Source: Myxococcota bacterium | GTDB lineage: Bacteria; Myxococcota_A; Bradymonadia; UBA7976; UBA1532 | Assembly (NCBI GenBank): GCA_036337435.1 | Contig: JAYZEG010000058.1 | Span: 224,001 to 288,000 of the forward strand | DNA length: 64,000 bases | Direction of reading: 5' to 3' | Part shown: positions 29,753-39,900 of the stretch, piece after piece | Layout of the letters: every line of letters starts with the position of its first letter | How positions within the stretch are numbered: the stretch's first letter is position 1 | Made by a program: the position numbers and the translations under genes | Notes under the pieces: generated by a model | The model's input: only the letters and a program-made list of their open reading frames with translations | The model's database searches: none | What the model was told of the DNA's origin: nothing

Positions 29753-31972
29753 ATGCGCATATTTTGGATCATTTCTATTGTCGTTGGCCTTGGGCTGCTG
29801 CTTGCATCACAGATGATCAACACACCCGATCAGGAAAAAATCCATGAACCTTTGGCCGACAAGGCGAGCGTTGAAAACCCACCACCGCGCCCACCGCCCC
29901 CACCGCCCCCACCAGACCCTTTGAGGCCCCAACCGGATCTACCAGAGGCGGATCGGATGACGGTTTTCATCAAGGGTGAAGAGCGGATTGTTGACAGGCG
30001 AGCGGCCATCGAGGCTGGCTTCACCGAGATTGAACTCGGTGATGATTGGACGCCGGTTATTTTCGAAGAGAAGCGGGATGAATCCGGGCGTCTTCTCCTG
30101 AACAGATACAGAAAAACATTTCTGGACCTTGCTGATGACAAGACGGACGGTGATGGCCGCCCTCTCAAACGAAAAGAGCGCAATTACCTCGAAGTATTTG
30201 GCATTCCTCCGAGTATGAAAATAATGCGACAGCGGTTCTTGAAGGATGACCAAAGCACCTGCTTAAAAGAGATTGATTATGACCTCATCTCAAGTCTTAA
30301 AAATCTCACATACCGGCGCGAGAAAAGAGAGCAACGACATTTGGGGCAAATGAGGCGGTATCGGAAGCAATTCAAAAAGCTGATGAAGAAGGCCCAAGTC
30401 AGCTCGCTTATCGATTTCAAGCCCAAGACAAAAGAACTGAAGCGCAAGCGTAAGAAACTTCTGGCTCACCAGAAGGAAATGCGTGTGCTCGCAGAGATCG
30501 AAAAGCGTCTTGGTTGTGATGGCCATATGCACAAACGTTACCGTCACAAGAAGGGACGGTTAGACCAAGGTTTGCGAAATGCGGTTCGGCGCTTTCAGAG
30601 AAAGCATAAGATTTATGAGCGTACGCGTCTCGCGAAGAAAACCATGAAGATGATGGCCACGCCCCCGGCCGAGACCAATCATTTGGCCTTAGTTCGCGTG
30701 CTGCAAGAACGTATCATCAGCGCGACCGGAATTTTAGAGGACGGCTCGGTTCAGGAGAGAATGCCGAAAAATTCAACATTTATCGGAATGGATGGACAGT
30801 CTCGGCCCATCCGCAATTTAGTCGACGAATTTACAAAAACGCTCTTGTCTGAGATCGCGATCGACACACCTCAGAAGGCCGTTGGATTTTTCAAGTCACG
30901 GAATAGCGATCGATTTCAATCCTATCGAGTTGGGATTAAGTTTCCGCCCCTCCCTGAATATTATGGGTCCCAAATGGACCTTAAATTGGAGATCGATCGA
31001 GGGACCGTCTGGTACGAGATTCCATTCACAGAATCAGGACGTGCTCGATACCAACGTCGCAAGAAAATGCCTCGAATGACTCTGTATACCCGATACAAGG
31101 ATCAGTCTATCCCGCTGATTAACTGGCCGACCACAATCGGAGGTTGGCGAGAAGAGCTCGGTCCGGATGGATATGTTTACTTAAAGTATAAGAATTCAGA
31201 CGTTGGTGACCGCGTGATTCGCAAGATCGTAGCCGGTCCGACATGGATTCCACCAAAGACAGAGCCCCTCAGCGCGCTGGTCAAGCGTCGACGGGTCAAT
31301 GGATTGACTCAAAATACCGTTAACTATGACGCCATGGGACCTGGTTATTTGTCTGCATATGGGCTGGTTGCCGGATATTTTGTGATCCCGGGCAAAAATG
31401 GTCGCCCCGATCGAGACCTGATGATTCGAGCCCACGGCTCTTCTAATTATATGTCGATATTCAGCGAGTCGAAATATTCCCATGGCTGTCACCGATTGAT
31501 GAATCATCATGCGGTCAGGCTCTATGGCTTCATGCTTAAACATCGCAACCACACGGTCCATGGCGATCACCCGAGCTCATTTAAGAGACAATTTTTGTAT
31601 AACGATGAAGTCTATCGCATCCATGTTCCGTCACGAGGCTTTCGCTATGTGATGGATCCACCCGTTCCGGTGACGGTTTTACGCGGTCAAATTTACGGTA
31701 AGCAGAAGCGGCGCATCGAGGGTCTGGTTAAAATTCCTGGCAAACGCTATCCCGGTCCAAAGGAAGAGATCGACGAGGATGAAGATCGACCCGATGACCA
31801 GAAAAAAGAAGCACCGTCCTCCGACAAAGGCGGTACACCCATCAAGATTGTCGGGCCGCCAAAGACGGTTCCCTCGGAAAGTAAGTCGGTGGTAGAAAAG
31901 GTCGCAAAGCCCGACACCAGCACTGCCCCTGAGACCAAGACTAAGCCATCCAAAGGAGCCTCGAAACAATGA
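29753..31972 (+). CDS. Large L,D-transpeptidase (YkuD) family protein
   Basis: IRAHGS...SHGCHRL catalytic motif; AVRRFQRKH peptidoglycan-binding-like motif; N-terminal TM and polyproline linker. Confidence 0.85.
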   Translation: MRIFWIISIVVGLGLLLASQMINTPDQEKIHEPLADKASVENPPPRPPPPPPPPDPLRPQPDLPEADRMTVFIKGEERIVDRRAAIEAGFTEIELGDDWTPVIFEEKRDESGRLLLNRYRKTFLDLADDKTDGDGRPLKRKERNYLEVFGIPPSMKIMRQRFLKDDQSTCLKEIDYDLISSLKNLTYRREKREQRHLGQMRRYRKQFKKLMKKAQVSSLIDFKPKTKELKRKRKKLLAHQKEMRVLAEIEKRLGCDGHMHKRYRHKKGRLDQGLRNAVRRFQRKHKIYERTRLAKKTMKMMATPPAETNHLALVRVLQERIISATGILEDGSVQERMPKNSTFIGMDGQSRPIRNLVDEFTKTLLSEIAIDTPQKAVGFFKSRNSDRFQSYRVGIKFPPLPEYYGSQMDLKLEIDRGTVWYEIPFTESGRARYQRRKKMPRMTLYTRYKDQSIPLINWPTTIGGWREELGPDGYVYLKYKNSDVGDRVIRKIVAGPTWIPPKTEPLSALVKRRRVNGLTQNTVNYDAMGPGYLSAYGLVAGYFVIPGKNGRPDRDLMIRAHGSSNYMSIFSESKYSHGCHRLMNHHAVRLYGFMLKHRNHTVHGDHPSSFKRQFLYNDEVYRIHVPSRGFRYVMDPPVPVTVLRGQIYGKQKRRIEGLVKIPGKRYPGPKEEIDEDEDRPDDQKKEAPSSDKGGTPIKIVGPPKTVPSESKSVVEKVAKPDTSTAPETKTKPSKGASKQ

Positions 31973-32391
31973 GATATTTCATCATTTTTGGCATTGGTCT
32001 CGGCGTCTGTCTACAAGTCAGCGCCCAAGCACCAAAACCAGCGAAGGCGACCGAATCGTCTGCCGTTTCAACAAAGCGCGTAACCATCAACTTTGGCACC
32101 TCGCCCTCGGGAACAGAAGCTGTTGTTACTTTCGGCAAGAAGATGCTTGGCGTCGTTCCGTTCTCCCATGTGTTTGAATACGATTCTGGCCCGGTCGATG
32201 TCACCTTTCGAGCACCAGGGTACTACCCAGTGAACACACGTGTCTTTACGACCAAAAGCTATTTGGTCAAGGTCCGAATGACACCATTGGATGCCGGGCA
32301 AGACTTGCTTGGATACAAAGAAAAACTACCCGACGACGCCGGTGTTCCGGCTGAAGACCAACCGAGTAAATCGGTGCCCAAAACGCCCTAG
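31969..32391 (+). CDS. Secreted PEGA-like domain protein
   Basis: Signal peptide; TSPSGTEAVV..LGVVP..VTFRAPGY pattern; ATGA overlap with the upstream gene. Confidence 0.6.
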   Translation: MRYFIIFGIGLGVCLQVSAQAPKPAKATESSAVSTKRVTINFGTSPSGTEAVVTFGKKMLGVVPFSHVFEYDSGPVDVTFRAPGYYPVNTRVFTTKSYLVKVRMTPLDAGQDLLGYKEKLPDDAGVPAEDQPSKSVPKTP

Positions 32392-33461
32392 CCAGCACCT
32401 CGTCTTTTTGGTAGGTCAATGCCGCAGATTCGCAACGCTTTCAGCGACGGTCCTCCCAGTCCTAGGTTTTTGATTTCCGACACGTCAAATGCGCGAACAT
32501 CCTCAAAGGAGGCACGTGCGGGTCTTCCCTGGCATGGATATATCGAGATATCCCATATTTGATGGGTAAACCCATGCCGTACGGTCTGACACTCATCTTG
32601 TGGAATCAGGTCCAAAGTCTCGAGCACATCATGGCTTTTGCCTTCGACCATGGGGAGACTCCAAAGCCCGCCCAACAGGCCTTTCTCAGGGCGACGAACC
32701 AGCCAAATTGACCCGTTATTCGTCCTCGTTAGACCAGCGACCATTTGAATGACAGGACGTTTTTTCTTTGGCACTCGGACCGGAAGAGTCTCGGGGTCTA
32801 TTTCTTGTCTGGCCCGGCACAGATCCATGACTGGACACAACAGGCACTTCGGTTTCTTTGGCGTGCAGACCGTGGCACCGAGTTCCATCATTGCTTGATT
32901 AAAGTCACCGGCTCTTTCCTGATCGAGGAATTCATTTGCCAGGGTCCAAAATTGCTCCTGGACCGCTGAACGTTTTGGGTCTTCCTCAATTCGGTTAAGA
33001 CGAGATAGCACTCGAATGACATTTCCGTCGAGGACGGCCATGGGGGCACCATAGGCAATGGATTGCACAGCTGCGCACGTATAACGGCCCACACCGGATA
33101 GACCCCGGAAGATGTCCGGGTCGTCGGGGACTCGACCGCCATGCTCTTCGACGACCTGTGTGGCGGCTTTGTGGAGGTTTCTTGCCCGCGCATAGTAGCC
33201 CAAGCCGGCCCAGTAACCCATCAATTCGTCCAGTGATGACTCGGCAAGGGATTTGGGCGTAGGGTAGCGCTCGATAAAGCGATTGAAATAGCCAATGACG
33301 GATTCAACGCGTGTCTGTTGAAGCATAATTTCAGAGACCCAAACCCACCACGGCAATGGGTTTCGACGCCAAGGCATGTCTCGATTGCCTCGATCATACC
33401 AATTGAGCAATGCTCTGCGCATTTTGATGTGATCTATTTGTCTTTCCATGGGTACACTCAA
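32388..33461 (-). CDS. mutY: A/G-specific adenine glycosylase
   Basis: WVSEIMLQQT, WAGLGYYARARNL, HhH GVGRYT, LDGNVIRV, FeS motif CTPKKPKCLLCPVMDLC; start 33461 (TTG) or 33449 (ATG). Confidence 0.96.
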   Translation of the reverse strand: MSVPMERQIDHIKMRRALLNWYDRGNRDMPWRRNPLPWWVWVSEIMLQQTRVESVIGYFNRFIERYPTPKSLAESSLDELMGYWAGLGYYARARNLHKAATQVVEEHGGRVPDDPDIFRGLSGVGRYTCAAVQSIAYGAPMAVLDGNVIRVLSRLNRIEEDPKRSAVQEQFWTLANEFLDQERAGDFNQAMMELGATVCTPKKPKCLLCPVMDLCRARQEIDPETLPVRVPKKKRPVIQMVAGLTRTNNGSIWLVRRPEKGLLGGLWSLPMVEGKSHDVLETLDLIPQDECQTVRHGFTHQIWDISIYPCQGRPARASFEDVRAFDVSEIKNLGLGGPSLKALRICGIDLPKRRGAG

Positions 33462-34096
33462 TTTGTTTCACCGCCGCAAAACGGACAAATGCGCGCTTTG
33501 TTTAGTCGGGCGCGGCAAAGATGGTCGCCGCAGATCCGATAACGAATCAGCCGCTGGTACAACCGGCCGCCGACCAGCCCCGCGGCAGCAACCAGCATCG
33601 CAAACACCGAGTCAATGTAATAGAATTTGGTTAGAAAAATGGAACCGCAGACACCCAGAGCCAATCCGAACACAAGTGCAGAGTTGGTTGGCTGCACCAG
33701 GATAGCGGGGATTTTATGGCCTTGATTCCAATGGAGCTTCAGGTTGACTTGGTGTAATGCCGCTCGGTTGACCAAGGCCCTCAAAAATCCGACATGCCGT
33801 CTCTGGGGTAGCCACCAAGCGACCACATGTTCAAAAAAAACGGACCAGCCGAGTCCACTTCTCTGGCCCAAATGAGTACAGAGCGAGTGAGGAAGGAATT
33901 GCTCGACAGCAAGTCGCAATAATTCGATGGCCTCTGCCGGCTCATCTTGGCTGAACTCGAAGCTTCCATCAGGTTTGATTTGAAATTTTGAGTCAGATAT
34001 CCAAGGCATCAGCGTGTCTAAAGCCGAATCGATAGCCTTCAGACTGTCGGGCCCTAAAACGACTTCGAGTGATTCCGTCGACAGACTCTGGTTCAA
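33458..34096 (-). CDS. Hypothetical membrane protein with C-terminal zinc-ribbon-like motif
   Basis: Two C-terminal TMs followed by CGDHLC...CPFC; SD GGAG 9 nt before TTG. Confidence 0.65.
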   Translation of the reverse strand: MNQSLSTESLEVVLGPDSLKAIDSALDTLMPWISDSKFQIKPDGSFEFSQDEPAEAIELLRLAVEQFLPHSLCTHLGQRSGLGWSVFFEHVVAWWLPQRRHVGFLRALVNRAALHQVNLKLHWNQGHKIPAILVQPTNSALVFGLALGVCGSIFLTKFYYIDSVFAMLVAAAGLVGGRLYQRLIRYRICGDHLCRARLNKARICPFCGGETN

Positions 34097-34130
34097 TTTG
34101 CATTACTCCGTCATAATCCAGAATGACATC

Positions 34131-34147
34131 AACATGAACACATGTTC
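34131..34147. promoter_or_regulatory. Putative LexA-type operator GAAC-N4-GTTC
   Basis: TGAACACATGTTCT in the divergent intergenic region; overlapping palindrome AACATG-N4-CATGTT. Confidence 0.45.
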
Positions 34148-34190
34148 TCTCATTATTGCGTGACTATGTACACGAGACGCTGGAGTAGCA

Positions 34191-35345
34191 ATGCAGGTCG
34201 GTCCATTTCAAGTTACATATTGTACAAATGTTCACCCTGGACAGACTTTAGATGAATTATTTCAAGTGCTTGAGTACGATGTTCCGGCCGTTAAAAAACA
34301 ACTGACAACGGGGACTTTTGGCACAGGTCTTCGAATTGGTCACCCTGTCGTCAATGAAATTAATCAAGATCCCGACTCGCTGATTCGCTTGATCGAGCTC
34401 TGCCACGAGCATCAATACGATGTCTTCACAGTAAACGGATTCCCCTATGGTAATTTTGATGAGGGTGTAGTCAAGGAGTCGGTATATCAGCCGGATTGGC
34501 GCACAAACGAGCGGCTCCAGTATACCATCGAGCTGGCCAAAGTACTGGCTGCGCTCCCTGGTCCGACCCATCGGACCATCAGCACGGTAGCGGGCGGATT
34601 CGGTCCGGATACGCAGTCCGAAGACGATCGGCGATTAATGGCGAAAAATATGACAGCTGCGGCCACAGCTTTAGCCAGACTTGAAGACGAAACGGGTATC
34701 CGCATTCGCTTATGCCTCGAACCTGAACCTTGGACGACTTTGGAAACGACCTCGGATGTGCTGTCGTTTTGGTCAAAATATCTGGAACGGTCGCGGGTGA
34801 ATCAGTCCCATCTAGGACTCTGTTACGACTGTTGTCATCAAGCCCTTCATTTCGAAGACGTACACTCGTCAATCGAGGCCATCGAAGCCCACGGAATCAC
34901 AATCGGCAAAATTCAAGTCAGCAGTGCCTTGCATTTGGATAAGCCTCAAGACTTAGCTGCTCGGAACAAACTGCTCGACTTTGCCGAAGGGCGATTTTTG
35001 CATCAAGTCATCGCTAAGACCGATGATGGACTCCTCAAATGCCTTGACTTGCCAGCACTCAGAACGCCCTCGCAAGATTGGTTAAACGCTGAGGCTTGGC
35101 GCTGTCACTTTCACATACCGATCTGGTGGCGTGGGTCTGAGTTGATTCAGACGACACATGAAGACTGGAGAGCTGCAGTCGGTGCTGCACACAGGCTTGA
35201 GTCTCCACCCCATCTTGAGATCGAGACCTATACTTGGGATGTCATTCCCGACTCGGAGCGATTGGCGATGGCAGGAGGGAACTTGAGTGCATCGATCGTT
35301 GCCGAATATACATCCCTTATTGACGAACTAGACCGAGGCAACTAG
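34191..35345 (+). CDS. eboE: EboE family metabolite traffic protein (xylose isomerase-like TIM barrel)
   Basis: YCTNVHPG, NGFPYGNF, VKESVYQPDW, LEPEP, CYDCCH, GKIQVSSAL, RFLHQV, RCHFHIP, LEIETYTW. Confidence 0.88.
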   Translation: MQVGPFQVTYCTNVHPGQTLDELFQVLEYDVPAVKKQLTTGTFGTGLRIGHPVVNEINQDPDSLIRLIELCHEHQYDVFTVNGFPYGNFDEGVVKESVYQPDWRTNERLQYTIELAKVLAALPGPTHRTISTVAGGFGPDTQSEDDRRLMAKNMTAAATALARLEDETGIRIRLCLEPEPWTTLETTSDVLSFWSKYLERSRVNQSHLGLCYDCCHQALHFEDVHSSIEAIEAHGITIGKIQVSSALHLDKPQDLAARNKLLDFAEGRFLHQVIAKTDDGLLKCLDLPALRTPSQDWLNAEAWRCHFHIPIWWRGSELIQTTHEDWRAAVGAAHRLESPPHLEIETYTWDVIPDSERLAMAGGNLSASIVAEYTSLIDELDRGN

Positions 35346-35348
35346 ACC

Positions 35349-36317
35349 ATGCGCCCATTTTTATATCTCATTTTTGTTCTCTCATTGGTCTTCCTTATCA
35401 ATTTGCAAGATAGGCCGCGCCCCGTTGATCGAATCAAGGTCGATGACGCACTGATAGAACCCATTGAGACAACAGCTCAAATCACCGCTTTATCAGTTCG
35501 CGCAGGTCAGCTTTATACGGGCGACCAAGATGGCCGGTTGAGGGTTCTAAGTCTACCTGATGGACATCTGGTGGCCGATTGGTACGCGCACCCAGTCGCT
35601 CTGCGTCAGGTATTTTTCTTCGACGACAAATTAGTCTCTCTCGGTCGTGGCGGGAGCATCGCAACATGGTTGCCCAATGGCGAACTGATTAAGCGCAGGC
35701 GTCTTGTTGGGCATCATCTCAATGACGCGGTCATGATTGCTGACGATGATATGATTGTCGCGGCTGATCGCGGTGTTGTTGCGCGAATTGGACTCGGGCA
35801 AAGATGGCGAACCAATGGCATCCACGGGCGTGCAACCTTTGGACTAGCTCTGTCGCCTGACGGTGAGCAAATCACGAGTGTGGGTACGGATGGAATGGCA
35901 CGAATATGGTCAACAGACGGTGGACAGGTGGTGAGAGAATGGGTCGCTCATAAGGGATGGGCAACCGGCGTTGTTTGGGACAAACAAGGTTTGTGGACGT
36001 TGGGTACAGACGCAGTGCTTGTGCGGTGGGATCCGCTGACAGGACGTCAGATAAAGAACGTTAGAATTGAAGTCAAAGAGCCGAATCGATTGGTCGCAAA
36101 CGATCGGTTTTTTGTTGTGATCGGTTCGGACCATCGCATCGTCGTTCTAAATCGCGACGATGTGAATACCATCACCACTTTAGACTTGAGTAAGCGTCCA
36201 TTCGTTTCAGCGACGCTAGAGGACAAATTTCTCTGGCTGGGTTTTCGAAAGGGCGGCATCTCTTCGTGGGACGTGACGAATGGTCTCGAGGGCGTTACAT
36301 TGCCCACCAAGTTCTAG
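35349..36317 (+). CDS. WD40-repeat beta-propeller protein with N-terminal anchor
   Basis: Repeats LYTGDQDGRLRV, ITSVGTDGMARIW, AHKGWA, VLVRWD, ISSWD. Confidence 0.8.
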   Translation: MRPFLYLIFVLSLVFLINLQDRPRPVDRIKVDDALIEPIETTAQITALSVRAGQLYTGDQDGRLRVLSLPDGHLVADWYAHPVALRQVFFFDDKLVSLGRGGSIATWLPNGELIKRRRLVGHHLNDAVMIADDDMIVAADRGVVARIGLGQRWRTNGIHGRATFGLALSPDGEQITSVGTDGMARIWSTDGGQVVREWVAHKGWATGVVWDKQGLWTLGTDAVLVRWDPLTGRQIKNVRIEVKEPNRLVANDRFFVVIGSDHRIVVLNRDDVNTITTLDLSKRPFVSATLEDKFLWLGFRKGGISSWDVTNGLEGVTLPTKF

Positions 36318-36328
36318 GGGATAACAAT

Positions 36329-36916
36329 ATGAATTTAGTCGACCACATTACAAAAGATGGCGGAACACTTGAGTCTATAGCGGCCTACCTCGACGGGTTG
36401 AATGACGATGAGAGAGTCCTTGAGGCCCGTAGGTTAACACCCGCCGCCCAGCGGTCACTATGGTCCCTCACCGCCGATACACAGTTGACTCTCGAAAATT
36501 TTGTGCCAGAGCAGGCAAGTGCTTTGGCATCAGTTCGGCACTTTGGCCGAAATACGTTGCCCTTGTTCAAAATGTTCGAAAAAAGGTTTTGTCGGCCGCC
36601 GAAGGATTCAGATTCGAAGGGACTCTGGGGATATAATGAAGGGTCGACTCGTGCAGCTGTTGGCCCCGGATACTTCGTATGTCGCTATACCGACGGTGAC
36701 CCACGCGGCTCCGTGGTCATCGACTATACACTCACGCCGGGTGGCAAAAGTGCCGATTGGCCGGACATTTCGTCCAATAAGAAGGGTCTATCCCGATTCG
36801 TTTACTTCGGCATGCAAGATTTTATGCGCCAGGTCAGCGACCACGTAACAATCGGGCGCGCTTACGTTAAGGGTAAAGAGACCAACAACTTTTTTGTGTT
36901 ATGTCGCGAATCCTAA
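36329..36916 (+). CDS. Conserved hypothetical protein
   Basis: SD GGGG before ATG; globular composition with motifs GRNTLPLF..FEKRF, WGYN, GPGYF, VIDY, DFMRQV. Confidence 0.75.
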   Translation: MNLVDHITKDGGTLESIAAYLDGLNDDERVLEARRLTPAAQRSLWSLTADTQLTLENFVPEQASALASVRHFGRNTLPLFKMFEKRFCRPPKDSDSKGLWGYNEGSTRAAVGPGYFVCRYTDGDPRGSVVIDYTLTPGGKSADWPDISSNKKGLSRFVYFGMQDFMRQVSDHVTIGRAYVKGKETNNFFVLCRES

Positions 36917-36940
36917 GTTGGTCAGATCGGCGGCAGTAAC

Positions 36941-39900
36941 ATGACTGACGGCTTTATGTCAGAGTCAATGCGTTCTAGCGAAGAAATGATCAGTGTGCTG
37001 CGGTACTGGTTGGCGTCAGTGAGGCTCGAAGAAGCACTCACGGTTCGCCCCAAGGCGAGTCGTACCGCATCGACTGCTCGACTGAATATGAAAGATCCCC
37101 ACGGTCGACAAGCGTACTTTAAAATTCCACTGGCAGAGACAGGTTTAACTTTGGCGACACAGGGTGATGTTGACAGTCTAACCGTCGACATTCGAGGAGA
37201 ACGGGTTCCATACACTGAGCAGTGGCTTAAACGAATTTATCGGCGACAAACCAATCGATGGTCTACGTTACAGACTCAGCTTGGTGGCTGGATTGGTTGG
37301 CCAACCGTTTATTTTCCTCATAACCAGGAGTTGGCGACCCTATTCAGACTGCGAGTTCATCTTGATTGGTTAGATGAATCTGGGACTGTATTTGAACCGC
37401 CAGATTATCGGCAGCGCAAGAATCAAAAGTTTCCCCCCCCACCTACGACAATCAAAATCTCGTCACTGTCAGACGGTGATTCGGAGCTCCTGCCGTATTC
37501 CGTTGATGACCGATTGCTGACTCATGCTCTTGGGGTAGCCGATGAAGAACTGGCAGATTTACACGACGTTTTTCGGCAAGCAGATGAATTGAATGCCTTG
37601 GATATGGTGGCTACGGTCACCGATTTATTGATGTCGGATGGTGATTGGGTTGCCAACCTGTCTCGCGGCCAGTTGTCAGATGAGGTTTTGGTTGCTGACC
37701 TCATCGATGCCGTGCGACATCGGCTTTCGGGGGCGTCTCGTCGACCGGCTGTATACCCGATAATCTTGGTCTATGATTCAGGTCAAATTCAGACGACTCA
37801 TCATTTGCAAAGAGACCTTGCGACAGCCATTGACGTCTACAGAACGGCTCGTCTAATTCAGACTCGAACGCCCCTTCGCCAATATCTGGATACGGTTCCA
37901 ACCGAACTGGTTAGACAAACAATGTACGGTCAGTTTTCGTCGGTGCCGATGACCAATGGACAACGTCGTGTCGCTGAGTCTTTTCAGGGGTCGACCTTTG
38001 TGTCTGTACAAGGTCCGCCAGGGACAGGAAAGACTCGATTGATCCTTGATCTGGCAGCAGCTCACCTCGTCCAGCAGATTCATGGATTGGCGACCAACGG
38101 GGTGATGGACTCCTCTTTGCTGGTGATCACAAGTACGAATAATCGAGCAGTCGATACGGTCTTTGAGCAATTTACCGACACCCCGATTCCACTTGGTCTT
38201 CGTGCTGGAAGCCAGGTTGTCACCGCTAACCGAACTACCACCAGCCTTCTCAGAACCTTGGATTGGCTTGATAGCCAACCGGAGTTCGATGCTGACAGTG
38301 CGGCGGCTCTGCTTGAGAAAAGCCTGTCTGAATTTAAAGCCTTGTTCGATGAACTCGTGGTTGTCGAAAAAGAACGCTCAGACCGTGTTTCCACCATTCA
38401 GAAACGTCGTAATATTACACGAAGGATCGCTGAACTAGAGCAGATGAAAATCAGTCGAAAAGTTGACTGGACCGAGGACCAGATCAGTGACTTGATGGTT
38501 GTAGAGCGACCCCTCGCCCGACTCGCTACCCGTCTCAATGGTCTACTCAATCGACTGTCTGAAGGGCCTAAACGAGTCGATGATGCTCGGGCGTTCTACG
38601 AAGAGACCAGACGACGCTTTCAGAAAAGAATTGTCGATGGTCTTGGTGGTCGTTTCACCTTTGAATTTCCGACTCCGCCCGATGCCATGAGCGAGTCTGA
38701 CATCAGTGTATGTGCTGACTGGTTGGAGCGAGTCGAAGACGCTCAGGATCATCTTGATGACCTTCGTATTCGGGTCAAAAAAACCATTCAGAACTACCGA
38801 GTGCTCGAAGAGTTAATCCGCCTACGTAGAGAGCTGGACTTATTCGTCGAGCACGATGATGATGAAATGCCTCAAGACGCTGAACTCGCACTCCGCCATA
38901 CGCGATTATATCAAGCCGCTCAGATGGCGAGAATCGCTTGGATCAATGTCCATCGAAAAGATGTCACCCGTGCTCTACGATCCATTGCTGAGGCTGCAGC
39001 CTCACAGAGATCCTTGAGAAAATTTTATTCTGACGAACTCACAACGGGTCGATGGCTAAAGCAGTTATTTCCGGTCGTCGGGTCAACACTTTTGTCAATC
39101 GGCAATGTCTTCTCATCAAAAGTAGATCAGTTCGAAAGAATGGTCATCGACGAAGGTGGTCAATGCCATCCAGCCTATGCCGTGTCCGCGCTCCTGCGCT
39201 GTGAACAGGCACTGGTTATCGGCGACGTCCACCAGTTGGAGCCCGTTGTCCAACTCACTGATGACGATGAAGCACGAGTCAGGCGATCGATCCGCTTGGA
39301 TGAATCAGCCCAGTTCCTAGAGCCGTATCGAATCGGAGCGTCTCATCCAAACTCAGCTCAGCGTCTCGCCGACCTCAGTATGAATGACCGACCCAATCTA
39401 CATGAGCACTTTCGATGTCAGCCTGACATCATTAGAGTCAGCGATCTACTCTGCCATTATCAGCTCGATGTGCAGACGCCCGCCGTTCCGCCGACACCGC
39501 TGCTCGATATTCCTCAAAGGGTCGCCCTAATCCCGGTGTATGGGCAGCAGGAACGCCTGCGTGGTAGTTGGTATAATCTGGCTGAAATAGAGCATGTTGA
39601 GCGGCTACTGAGCCGGTTCGAATCGGTGGGCGTACCCTGGCATGATATTGCCATCATTACCCCTTATGTCGGTCAATTAGACCGACTTCGAGAGAGACTC
39701 AGGCAGCGTAAAATACCTTGGATAGGGGACTATGATCAAGACGAACACAATGTCACAGAGTCGGGCATTGTCATCGGAACAGTCCATCGTTTTCAGGGCG
39801 GAGAGCGACGCTATGTCATTTTTACCACCGTCGTGACCAATGAACGTTCCCTCCATTTTCTGAATGAACGCGTCAACCTCGTAAACGTGGCGATTTCGCG

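Noticed and set aside
29876..29915. C-rich CCACCGCCC repeats as a DNA repeat element
   Set aside because: They simply encode the polyproline linker of the L,D-transpeptidase
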